A stretch of DNA of 64,000 nucleotides from a virus. Numbering within the stretch: the stretch's first letter is position 1; each line of letters opens with the position of its first letter. Below the pieces are notes generated by a model that searched no databases, was not told the DNA's origin, and saw nothing but the letters and a program-made list of their open reading frames with translations. Shown here piece by piece: positions 46,689 through 56,217 of this stretch. The DNA lies in IMG/VR virus record IMGVR_UViG_3300014613_000017, positions 32,001 through 96,000 of that record. One strand, 5' to 3'. The translations under genes and the position numbers were made by a program.

Positions 46689-47876
46689 ATGATGAATCCT
46701 AAAAAGTATGATTCAGAATCAATTACTGACTACAAAATCCGTATCTGTGGAAACAAAGAGCTATTAAACCTCACATGGGTGCAAGTAAGTGAGCTGCTTA
46801 ATAAAGAGACTGGTCAAAATTTTGGTGAATCAGCTTATCGTAAGTGGTTTCAGAATTTTAACAATGGTATCGAATACGCCACTGAAAACAATGTGGAGTC
46901 AAATGAGATTCTTGAAGAACTAAAAGCTAAAACTAAAGAATTAGAAATCGCTAAAATACAATATGCAGATCAGAAGCGTGAATATAAACACTACTTACGT
47001 CACGAAGGTCGATTAGACCATCTTTTGAAAACAATGCTTGAGTCAATTAAAGAGGAAATGAATACTAAGAAGCCTCTTGAGTGGATTAAGCCAGTTGTCA
47101 AAAATGACAGTAACGGAGCTTTAGCTTTAATGCTTAGTGACTTACACAGAGGACAGAAATCAGATAACCACTGGAACAAATTTGATGAAACAATATTTGA
47201 TGAACGTATGAATCAAGTTGCAAACGAAACCGTTGAGTATCAGAAGCTAACAGGAACTAAAGAGCTTCATATTATGCAGCTAGGCGATCTTATTGAAGGA
47301 ACACTTCATCGACTTACTAAAATTGGTGAGACTGAAACAGCCGTTGAGCAAACGCAACGAGTATCAGAATCACTAAGTGAATTGGTTTCTTACTTTGCTA
47401 CTCATTTCGAGAAGGTTCACTTCTACAGCGTAAAAGGAAATCACGATAGAGTCTCTAGTCGTAAAGAAGAAGAGATTAAAACTGAAAGCTTCCATGACTT
47501 TGTTACATGGTACATGAAGGCTCGACTTGGCAAACATGAAAATGTTGTATTCCATGAGAATGAGTATGACAGTGAAATCATTGTAGCTGAAATTTGTGGC
47601 AAGAATTACTTTGGTGTACATGGTCATTTAGAATCTTATGGTAAAGTGATTCATGATTTAACTATGATGATTCAGAAGTTTCCTACTGCTGTATTGGCTG
47701 GACACATCCATCAAAACTTTGAAAAAGAAACTCATGGTGTTGATTTAATTGTTAACGGTGGATTTGCTGGAACGAATGGATACGCTAAAGATAAACGATT
47801 ACATTCTAAAGCACATCAGAAGCTATTGTGGCTTGATGAGAATGGACGTAGAGCTACATTTTATATTAAATTTTAA
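46689..47876 (+). CDS. yonJ: Calcineurin-like metallophosphoesterase with N-terminal HTH (YonJ-like)
   Basis: LSDLH, LGDLIEG, GNHDR, HGH, GHIH. Confidence 0.85.
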   Translation: MMNPKKYDSESITDYKIRICGNKELLNLTWVQVSELLNKETGQNFGESAYRKWFQNFNNGIEYATENNVESNEILEELKAKTKELEIAKIQYADQKREYKHYLRHEGRLDHLLKTMLESIKEEMNTKKPLEWIKPVVKNDSNGALALMLSDLHRGQKSDNHWNKFDETIFDERMNQVANETVEYQKLTGTKELHIMQLGDLIEGTLHRLTKIGETETAVEQTQRVSESLSELVSYFATHFEKVHFYSVKGNHDRVSSRKEEEIKTESFHDFVTWYMKARLGKHENVVFHENEYDSEIIVAEICGKNYFGVHGHLESYGKVIHDLTMMIQKFPTAVLAGHIHQNFEKETHGVDLIVNGGFAGTNGYAKDKRLHSKAHQKLLWLDENGRRATFYIKF

Positions 47877-47922
47877 ATAATAAATTATAATCATAAATCA
47901 ATCGAATAAAAGGAGAATACAC

Positions 47923-48348
47923 ATGAACAACGAAAATGAAGTAAATGAATGCACAGATGATAGTTGCTTACATTGCCAGTTAGTTGAAGAATTTCGTTTT
48001 CTTGTAGCTGAAGAGAATGCTTCTTGGGAAGATGCCTTGAGATACGTGCTACATGTTGCTTCTGAAGAGCAAGGAATAACTGAGCAAGAGCTGGGTGAGA
48101 TTTTGTCGGAGTCCTATACTGACGGATTCGAAGACGGGCTTCAAACAGCGACTCGCAAAGCTGCCAACCTATTGAATGAACTAGTTGATTACACAGATGA
48201 GCAAATTGCTGATTATCGTGCTGAACGTGAAGCTGAATTAAATGGTGAGTTTGATGACGCTGAAGCTGAAGAAGAGATTGAAGATATTTCGGATGAGGAG
48301 TTCGATAAAATTGCTAAGCTTATTCGTGAAAGTCAGGGACGTAATTAG
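47923..48348 (+). CDS. Highly acidic hypothetical protein
   Basis: AAGGAG RBS; CxxC; D/E-rich. Confidence 0.65.
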   Translation: MNNENEVNECTDDSCLHCQLVEEFRFLVAEENASWEDALRYVLHVASEEQGITEQELGEILSESYTDGFEDGLQTATRKAANLLNELVDYTDEQIADYRAEREAELNGEFDDAEAEEEIEDISDEEFDKIAKLIRESQGRN

Positions 48349-48493
48349 AGACATGATTCTGATGGGATATATTGTGTGGATGATTAAGAGTGAAGATTTG
48401 AGAAGTCGGATTGAGGATAAAGTGATGAAGATGGATATGAATATTAAGGATAGAGAAGGTAAATAGAGATTGAGACACAAGGAGGAAATGAGA

Positions 48494-49114
48494 ATGAGTG
48501 AGAAAAAGCCACATGTACTAGGACTAAACAGCGACTATTTAGATTTAGAGTTGCCATCTACAATGGGAGATTACCAAATGTGGGAGGCTTATCGAGATCG
48601 TAAGATTATCTTCAATGACACTGTGGACTCTCAGATTGTTAATACAATTGTTCATTGGATTATTAAGTGGAATGAAGAAGATGACAAGGCTGGACTTGTT
48701 GGAGATCAACGTAAAAAAATACAAATTTTCATTACCTCAAATGGTGGCGATGTCGTAAGTGGTTTTGCGGTTCTAGATGCTGTCAAAGCAAGTAAAACTC
48801 CTGTAGAAACAGTTGCATTGGGTTGTGCAGCTTCAATGGGAATACTCCTTCTTATGAGTGGGCATCGAAGATTAGCATATCCGAACACTGTACTATTAAT
48901 CCATGATGGATCGCTATCGGCTAGTGGCAGTAGCAACAAGGTGAAAAGCACAATGGCATTTTATGAGAAACTTGATGCACGAGTTAAGAAATTCATCTTA
49001 GGTAATACGAAAATTAGTGAAGAGTTGTATGACAAGAATAGTGATATTGAATGGTTTATGTTCGCAGATGAAGAAGGATTAGAACTAGGAATTATTGATG
49101 CAATTTTAGATTAG
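48494..49114 (+). CDS. clpP: ClpP-family serine protease
   Basis: ITSNGGDV, AASMG (catalytic Ser), LLIHDG (His), LGIIDAI. Confidence 0.88.
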   Translation: MSEKKPHVLGLNSDYLDLELPSTMGDYQMWEAYRDRKIIFNDTVDSQIVNTIVHWIIKWNEEDDKAGLVGDQRKKIQIFITSNGGDVVSGFAVLDAVKASKTPVETVALGCAASMGILLLMSGHRRLAYPNTVLLIHDGSLSASGSSNKVKSTMAFYEKLDARVKKFILGNTKISEELYDKNSDIEWFMFADEEGLELGIIDAILD

Positions 49115-49185
49115 ATGTTTTATTAGAGGCTTGAAATTCGAGCTTCTGAGTAAGGTATTTAATTAGTGAGTTATAAATTTAATTA

Positions 49186-49292
49186 AAACAAAAGGACAAG
49201 AGGAAGTCATGAGCCTCTTGAATGGTGTACCTTCGCACACCGTCCTTTTGTTTATTTGTGTTTAGCGAAGGAAATACAATGCGAAGGAAATG
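49186..49292 (+). promoter_or_regulatory. Structured 5' leader (three-way junction plus RBS-sequestering pseudoknot)
   Basis: AAACAAAAGGAC/GTCCTTTTGTTT stem; loop CCTTCGCA complementary to TGCGAAGG at 49280-49287. Confidence 0.6.
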
Positions 49293-50333
49293 ATAAGAAT
49301 GGCAGGAAGAAAGGCTCACACTTATAAGGAAGTAGAAGAGCATTTAAACAACTACGGTTATACATTAGTAAGCACACAATACGTTAATCATACTAACAAG
49401 TTGGATATGAAGTGCAACAATAATCATGAATGCTCTATTAGCTTTAAAAATTTTAAAAACGATAAAAGATGTAGACAGTGTTTCTATGATAGAAGTAGAG
49501 AGAAACAAAGAATGAGCTTTGATGAAATCATAGAAAGAATAGAAGAACATGGATTTGAACTTTTATCAGACGACTCAAATTACGTGAATTCCAAAAGTGA
49601 GATAATAGTAAAATGCCCTAATGGTCATGAATATGTCACATCAATTCAGAACATAAAATCTTCAAAATATAAATGCAAGCGATGTGCTGATGAGAAAAAG
49701 TCTATTGAAAAAAGAACAAGTGGGAATATAGTTATAGAGTCATTTATAAATAAAGGCTTAATCCCAAAATTTAATGTTGAGTTTTATAAAAATGCAAATC
49801 AGAAGCTACCATATATATGCAAGAAACACATCTCTGAAGGAGTAAAATACACTACTTACGATGGACTGAAAAGAGGATTTTTTGTTTGTAAAAGTTGTTA
49901 CATTGAACACAACAGAGCCGAGAACCACTGGAATTGGAGTAGTGGAGTAACATGCTTGTCAGACCATCTTAGGACTGTAATATTGGATTGGAAGAAAGAA
50001 AGTATTAAACAATCAAACTATAGATGCGTAATAACTGGGGATGATTTCAATGTCATTCATCACCTATATAGCTTCGACAATATACTGAAAGACACTTTAA
50101 AAAATACAGGTATAGATTTAAGAAGAGAAATCAGTGATTACACTGACTCAGAATTAAAAATAATAGAAAAAGAGTGTATAAGAATACACAGTGAAAAAAT
50201 AGGCGTTTGTTTAAGAAGTGATATCCACTTGTTATTTCATGATGTATTCGGCTACGGCAATAATACTCCTGAACAATTTGAGGAATATAAAAATAGATTT
50301 AATAATGGAGAATTTGATGGACAGCTAAAATAG
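49290..50333 (+). CDS. Putative homing endonuclease with repeated Zn-binding modules and HNH-like C-terminus
   Basis: Repeated C.NGH...C..C modules; CVITG...IHHLY...GVCL...H.LFH..FGYGNNT. Confidence 0.7.
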   Translation: MIRMAGRKAHTYKEVEEHLNNYGYTLVSTQYVNHTNKLDMKCNNNHECSISFKNFKNDKRCRQCFYDRSREKQRMSFDEIIERIEEHGFELLSDDSNYVNSKSEIIVKCPNGHEYVTSIQNIKSSKYKCKRCADEKKSIEKRTSGNIVIESFINKGLIPKFNVEFYKNANQKLPYICKKHISEGVKYTTYDGLKRGFFVCKSCYIEHNRAENHWNWSSGVTCLSDHLRTVILDWKKESIKQSNYRCVITGDDFNVIHHLYSFDNILKDTLKNTGIDLRREISDYTDSELKIIEKECIRIHSEKIGVCLRSDIHLLFHDVFGYGNNTPEQFEEYKNRFNNGEFDGQLK

Positions 50334-50376
50334 TGAATTATAAGTAAAAACGAAAGAAAGGAGATACTAAATATAG

Positions 50377-51261
50377 ATGACAACTAAGAAAGAATCAACT
50401 AAAAAACCTGCCGTAAAAAAGACTTGTCTCAAGTGTTCCAAAGAGCAGGTCTTTTCTAACTTCTATAGTACGACTGACACTGACTACTACGAAGACGGAA
50501 AATTACCTATTTGTAAAGGTTGTTGCCAAAGAAATATCGAGGCAAAAGGATTCGAAGGTTTTCAAGCATTGATGAGAATGATAAACAAACCAATTTATGA
50601 TGATTTGTTTAAGGGTGATTATTTTGAGTACGTAAAGAATATTAATTCGTTACCACAGTATCGCTCTAATACTTTTCTTGATAGTTCTTTATTTAAGGAT
50701 AACAAGTCCTTAGAGCTAACTAAGAGAGCTAAACCGAAAGACCTTACTGCTGATGAACTTCGAGAAGCTGAAGACTTTTTTGGTCTCGGTTTTAGCGAGC
50801 AGGAGTATATATGGTTGAATTCAGAGTTTGAAGACTATGGTTCACAATTCGATATATCTGCAAAACCAATGCAAAACTTAATACGTGAAATCTGTCTTAC
50901 TCAGCTAGACATTAGAAATAAGAGAACAGCTAAACAAGATGTAAAAAATGAATTAAAAACACTACAAGATTTGCTAGGCTCGTCAAATTTGAAGCCCATG
51001 CAAGAGACAGGAGCACCCTCAATAGATCAAGAAACATTCGGAACTTTAATTAAGAAGTGGGAAGATTCAACCCCTATACCCGATGATGAAATGTGGAAAG
51101 ACACTGATACAATTGGTAAATATTTAAAAGTGTGGTTCACAGGTCATCTAATGCGAATGTTCAGCATTGAGAATAAAGATGAAGAAGAGTATTATGCTGA
51201 AATAAATAAATACACTGTTGAAGCTTCTGAAGACGAAGGTGAAGAAGATGACAGGACATAA
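50377..51261 (+). CDS. Putative terminase small subunit (YonG-like)
   Basis: Directly upstream of terL; N-terminal CLKC...CKGC; TFGTLIKKWE. Confidence 0.5.
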   Translation: MTTKKESTKKPAVKKTCLKCSKEQVFSNFYSTTDTDYYEDGKLPICKGCCQRNIEAKGFEGFQALMRMINKPIYDDLFKGDYFEYVKNINSLPQYRSNTFLDSSLFKDNKSLELTKRAKPKDLTADELREAEDFFGLGFSEQEYIWLNSEFEDYGSQFDISAKPMQNLIREICLTQLDIRNKRTAKQDVKNELKTLQDLLGSSNLKPMQETGAPSIDQETFGTLIKKWEDSTPIPDDEMWKDTDTIGKYLKVWFTGHLMRMFSIENKDEEEYYAEINKYTVEASEDEGEEDDRT

Positions 51262-53035
51262 AAACTTTCAGGTTAATCGAAACAAAGCTACAAAAGGCGT
51301 AAATATTTTCAACTCTGGACGAAATCATAGAACCAAGCAATCTAAATCAGAGAAGATGATGAACGGGGTTGCAATATGGGCTTCATGGTATCGTTTTCGT
51401 ATGGATATTTTTGTAAAAGATTACTTAGGAATACAACTTAAACTGTTTCAGATTTTATTGATTTACGCAATGCAAAACAATCATTTCTTCATGTATCTCG
51501 CAAGTCGTGGACAAGGAAAATCGTTCTTATCTGCTGTTTATGCAGTGTCTCGTTGTATTCTTTATCCAAATACAATCGTCGTGATTGCCTCAGGAACAAA
51601 AGGTCAAGCCACCAGCGTCCTAAAGAAAATAGAAGAAATGATGCCCGACTCTCCTAATCTAAGGCGAGAAATATCAGATATAAAAACAGGAGCAAACAAC
51701 GCAGAGTGCTCATTTCATAATGGTTCTGTAATACGGGTCGTAACTTCAAATGACAATGCAAGATCGGCTCGTGCCCACATAATTCTAGTTGATGAATTCC
51801 GTATGGTTGACTTACAAGTAATTTCAAAAGTATTAAGAAAGTTTTTAACTACACCAAGACAAGCTGGTTATCATGCTAATCCTGAGTTTGCTCACCTACA
51901 AGAACGTAACAAGGAGATTTACTTAAGCTCATGTTTCTATAAATCACATTGGTCATGGGCAAGAGCACAAACCTACTTCAAGGCAATGGTAGAAGGCAAA
52001 AAGTATTTCATATGTAGCTTACCCTATCAGTTAGCCATCAAAGAAAATCTTCTTATGAGGGATCAAGTTTTAGATGAAATGTCTGAATCAGATTTCGACC
52101 CTATTGGTTGGGAGATGGAGATGCAAGCATTATGGTTTGGAGAGAATGAACGCTCTTACTTCAGTTTCGAAGACTTAAATGTAAACAGGAAAGTAGCAAA
52201 AGCATTTTATCCTTCTGAAATAGCTGAACATATAAATGATAAAAAAATAGCTATTAAGAAAGAAAAAGGCGAGATTAGAATAGTCTCAGCAGATATTGCA
52301 GCAAAAGGCGGTTCTGCCAATGATGCGACTGCACTGTTTTGTGTAAGACTTATTCCAATTAGTAATGGTTATGAGAGACAAGTGGTATATGCTGAAACTT
52401 TTGAAGGTGGAATTGTCACAGACCAAAGTTTGAGAATAAATCAGCTTTATCATGAATTCGCAGCAGATTATATTGTGCTTGATACGATGAACGCAGGTAT
52501 TTTCTTACTAGATATTCTTGGTCAAGGTCAAATAAACGTAAGAAATGGACAGGAATACCCTCCATTAAAATGTATGAACGATGATGATTTGGCGAAACGC
52601 TGTGTCTATTCGGATGCTCCGAAGGTTATTTACTCTATTCAAGGTAGTGCAAAATTAAATAGTAAAATTGCCGTTTCAATGAGAAACGCCTTAAGAAATA
52701 AAAAACTTAAACTCATGATTCATGAAAATGACGCAGAAGAGATATTAACAAGCATTAAGGGGTATAGCAATCTACCAGAAGACTTAAAGATTAAGTTTAA
52801 AATGCCATTTATACAAACAAGCTTACTTATTAACGAAACAATAAACCTTGAAGCAAGTTATAACGACCAAGGTGAAGTATCACTAAAAGAAGTGGGAAGT
52901 GCACGAAAAGATAGATACTCCTCACTAAGTTATTTAAACATGTTCGCTGATACACTTGAGATTAAAAATCGAAAGCAAAAAACAGATGTTGATATTTCAA
53001 AAATGTTTATGATTAAAAAAGGCAAGTCTTATTAA
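51248..53035 (+). CDS. terL: Terminase large subunit (YonF-like)
   Basis: ASRGQGKS Walker A, FHNGSVI, ILVDEF Walker B, SADIA nuclease Asp, KDRYSS. Confidence 0.92.
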   Translation: MTGHKNFQVNRNKATKGVNIFNSGRNHRTKQSKSEKMMNGVAIWASWYRFRMDIFVKDYLGIQLKLFQILLIYAMQNNHFFMYLASRGQGKSFLSAVYAVSRCILYPNTIVVIASGTKGQATSVLKKIEEMMPDSPNLRREISDIKTGANNAECSFHNGSVIRVVTSNDNARSARAHIILVDEFRMVDLQVISKVLRKFLTTPRQAGYHANPEFAHLQERNKEIYLSSCFYKSHWSWARAQTYFKAMVEGKKYFICSLPYQLAIKENLLMRDQVLDEMSESDFDPIGWEMEMQALWFGENERSYFSFEDLNVNRKVAKAFYPSEIAEHINDKKIAIKKEKGEIRIVSADIAAKGGSANDATALFCVRLIPISNGYERQVVYAETFEGGIVTDQSLRINQLYHEFAADYIVLDTMNAGIFLLDILGQGQINVRNGQEYPPLKCMNDDDLAKRCVYSDAPKVIYSIQGSAKLNSKIAVSMRNALRNKKLKLMIHENDAEEILTSIKGYSNLPEDLKIKFKMPFIQTSLLINETINLEASYNDQGEVSLKEVGSARKDRYSSLSYLNMFADTLEIKNRKQKTDVDISKMFMIKKGKSY

Positions 53036-53054
53036 TCAACTATAAACGAAAGGA

Positions 53055-54590
53055 GTGAAATTATTGAACAATAAACAAATTAACAAGCAATCATCGAAAC
53101 AGCAAACTTTCAGAGTAGCTAATAATCCAGCTTATAAAAAGCAGCAGTCTGAATTACAAGAGCAAGAACGCAGAATCAATCGACAGAAAATGTTCGCATC
53201 TGTTCAAAAAATGAAATACCTGTACAACAATAAATTTAATGGCAAAACATCTTTATCCAAGTTTGATGTTGAAACCATCTCACTATACTTACAAAATCCT
53301 GTGGCTAATGAGAAAAAAATTCGTGACTTATCCAGCTATTTATACAATGTGAATTCACAATACAAATTAATAATTAACTATCTTGCTTTAATGCCAATGT
53401 ACGCATACAAGCTAACACCAACAGGCAATCCTTTTGACAAGAAAGACAAGATTAAAAAACGTGACCATTTCATTAAGATGCTACAGTATATCGAAAAATT
53501 AAATCTTCGCCATGAAATGATTACTGTAATGAGAGTAGCTTTCAGAGAAGATACTTTTTATGGTTATGAACATGAGTCGAAAGATTCCTTCTTCATTCAG
53601 AAAATGGACGCTGATTATTGCCGTATCTCCTCTAAAGAGGATGGAGCTTTTAACTTTGCGTTTAACTTTTCATTCTTCGATGGACGAAAAGATTTGTTAC
53701 CTTTATATGCTCAAGAATTTGGTGAAAAATATCAACAATATCAAGCTACAAAAGAACCTTGGATTGAACTAGACTCTGACAAAACAATTGTCATTAAAGT
53801 GAATGAGGATATACAAGATTTTGCTTTGCCTCCATTAAACGGAATGTTCGAAGCGATATTTGACTATGACGAGTATAAAAAAATCAATAAAGCGAAATCA
53901 AAATTAGATGTATTCATGGCACTTATTCAAAAGATTCCACTTGATGAGAAAAATCCAGAAATGAACAAATTTTTGATTGATCTCGATTTAGCCGCAAGTT
54001 TTCACCAACAGGCAGAGGGAGGCTTGCCCGAGGGGGTCACGCTAATTACTAGTCCGATGTCGATGGAAGCTGTGAAAATGGAAAAAGGACGTTCTGACCA
54101 AGATGTTGTTGCTCAAGCATTGCGAGCTGTATACGACGCAGGTGGTGTTAGTCAATTTATTCACAACTCAGATAAAAACACTGGAGTGGGATTGGATAAG
54201 TCAATCCTTACTGATGAGGAATTGGTTATGGCTGTATTGCGTCAAATAGAACGTTGGGTTAATAGGAAGATAAAAAAGATGTCAGGAAACTTTAAATATA
54301 AATTTGAATTCCTTGATATGACTATCTTCAATAAAGAAACTTTCTATGAGAAATATTTAAAAGCAGCTCAATTTGGTGTTCCAGTCAAACTTGAAATTGG
54401 TGCATCTTTAGGGTTATCTCCTTTAGATGTAATTAACAAAGCTATATTAGAGAATGACATATTGGGATTAAGTGATATGTTTATCCCACTTACTTCTGCT
54501 CACACTCAGTCTTTAGACGATGGTGGTAGACCTAAAAAATCTGAAGATGATATTTCTGCGTCAACAGAGGTTAATAGAAATAACGAATAA
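53055..54590 (+). CDS. Portal protein (YonE-like)
   Basis: Position after terL, size, GGRPK tail. Confidence 0.8.
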   Translation: MKLLNNKQINKQSSKQQTFRVANNPAYKKQQSELQEQERRINRQKMFASVQKMKYLYNNKFNGKTSLSKFDVETISLYLQNPVANEKKIRDLSSYLYNVNSQYKLIINYLALMPMYAYKLTPTGNPFDKKDKIKKRDHFIKMLQYIEKLNLRHEMITVMRVAFREDTFYGYEHESKDSFFIQKMDADYCRISSKEDGAFNFAFNFSFFDGRKDLLPLYAQEFGEKYQQYQATKEPWIELDSDKTIVIKVNEDIQDFALPPLNGMFEAIFDYDEYKKINKAKSKLDVFMALIQKIPLDEKNPEMNKFLIDLDLAASFHQQAEGGLPEGVTLITSPMSMEAVKMEKGRSDQDVVAQALRAVYDAGGVSQFIHNSDKNTGVGLDKSILTDEELVMAVLRQIERWVNRKIKKMSGNFKYKFEFLDMTIFNKETFYEKYLKAAQFGVPVKLEIGASLGLSPLDVINKAILENDILGLSDMFIPLTSAHTQSLDDGGRPKKSEDDISASTEVNRNNE

Positions 54591-54625
54591 GTAAATTATA
54601 ATTATATTGTAAAGGGGATTATATT

Positions 54626-54790
54626 TTGAGGCTATTTTACTGTTACAGCAATTCTTTGAAAAGAGAGTTATTAGAAAAAGGATTTAAGTATTTACATTCA
54701 GGTGTCCACAACAAAACCAAAAAGACTTTTTGGGTGTATGAAGGATCAGAAGAATTTAACGCTTATTTAAGACTCAGAGAAAAATACTGA
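54626..54790 (+). CDS. Small DUF5659-like protein
   Basis: Manual (TTG start): MRLFYCYSNSLKRELLEKGFKYLHSGVHNKTKKTFWVYEG... Confidence 0.6.
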   Translation: MRLFYCYSNSLKRELLEKGFKYLHSGVHNKTKKTFWVYEGSEEFNAYLRLREKY

Positions 54791-54834
54791 GTCTTTTTAT
54801 ATTTTGAAAATTATATTTTGAAGGAGATTAAATT

Positions 54835-56190
54835 ATGGGTAAGCTATCGGTTTGGACAGAAGAGGAACTAGAAATTATCAAGAGTTGTGATGGTATGACT
54901 TACGATGCTATTCAAGTATTGATACCATCTAAAAGCAGAGACGCAATCGCTTACAAATGTAAAACGTTAGGAATAAAAGCACTAAAGAAAAACAATAGGT
55001 GGACTAAAGAAGAGGATGCGTTTTTAACTTCTTTTTCCAAAGGAAAGACGTATGAGGAGATTAAACGCACTTTTCCAAATAGGACTCCTCAAGCCGTTGA
55101 AATGAGATGTCAACAACTTAATATCACAGAGGGCATCATTTTGAACCCGACTAGTTGGTCTGTTGAAGAAACAGAAATCTTAAGAAGTTTATATCCTAGT
55201 ACTCATATTGATAAATTAGTAGCATTGTTTCCAAACAGAAGCAAAGAATCTATATGCACTCAAGCTATAAGAATGCGACTGTGTAAAAACAAATCTTATA
55301 CAGACGCAAAAAAGAAGTTAAACCCTTCATGTTTGCTAGCAGTATTCAGTAGATATAAAGAAGTTTTAGAAGGAAATCAATCATGTTACTTCTATGAAAA
55401 CAAAACACATATCTCAATTTTATTTAAATACTATTTAAAAAGAAACAATATCCCTAATACAAAAGAATACATTATAAACAATTTCCATTTTGGAACTCTG
55501 TTAGAAGACGCTAAATTAAAACCAATTGTAAAGAAGCTATTTAACGGATACTTTGACTTCATTAGTTTTTGCTTTCCTCTGTACAAATTTAAAATTTGGG
55601 AATTTAAGAAATTAGATGTTCCTAATGGATACTGGGATAATGACATTAACTGTTTTGAGTGCATAGAAGAATCTATATCGGATATGAAAAAAGACAATAT
55701 TATTGACAATGATTGTGAAATTCTCTCCTTATCTTTTGGGACGCTCAAACAATATATTAACAAAACTCTTATTTCTCTTCGCAATAAGGACATTCTAATA
55801 AAGTTTCTAGATTTTAATGGTGTAGCTTATAACCCCTCTGAATACAAAGTCTTTGATGGGGTTGTATTTGATAGCTTCGAAGAGATGGAAGTTTATAAAT
55901 TAATTAAATCGCTTGGATACGAAATTCAAAAGCTTTCTAAAAAAGACAAGTTGAACAACTTAGAAGAAAACGAGAGCTATATCCCTGATTTCCTATTAAA
56001 TCAAGAAGTGCTAGTTGAATATTATGGCTTGTGGGGCGCATCAGGAATCTTTGAAAGCTACAGCAAGAAAACACTAAGAAAAAACGACTTCTATAAAAAT
56101 AGCGGATATAAGCTTATCGCACTTTATCCTGATGATTTAAAAGAAAACTACAAAGGCATAAAGAGTAAATTGTCAAAGTATGTTAATTAA
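54835..56190 (+). CDS. Putative endonuclease with Myb/HTH-like repeats and PD-(D/E)XK-like C-terminus
   Basis: Three WT.EE repeats; VPNGYW; FDSFEE...IPDFLL...VEYYG...LYPDDL. Confidence 0.7.
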   Translation: MGKLSVWTEEELEIIKSCDGMTYDAIQVLIPSKSRDAIAYKCKTLGIKALKKNNRWTKEEDAFLTSFSKGKTYEEIKRTFPNRTPQAVEMRCQQLNITEGIILNPTSWSVEETEILRSLYPSTHIDKLVALFPNRSKESICTQAIRMRLCKNKSYTDAKKKLNPSCLLAVFSRYKEVLEGNQSCYFYENKTHISILFKYYLKRNNIPNTKEYIINNFHFGTLLEDAKLKPIVKKLFNGYFDFISFCFPLYKFKIWEFKKLDVPNGYWDNDINCFECIEESISDMKKDNIIDNDCEILSLSFGTLKQYINKTLISLRNKDILIKFLDFNGVAYNPSEYKVFDGVVFDSFEEMEVYKLIKSLGYEIQKLSKKDKLNNLEENESYIPDFLLNQEVLVEYYGLWGASGIFESYSKKTLRKNDFYKNSGYKLIALYPDDLKENYKGIKSKLSKYVN

Positions 56191-56217
56191 TCTCTCAACT
56201 TGAGAGGAGGTGAAAAA

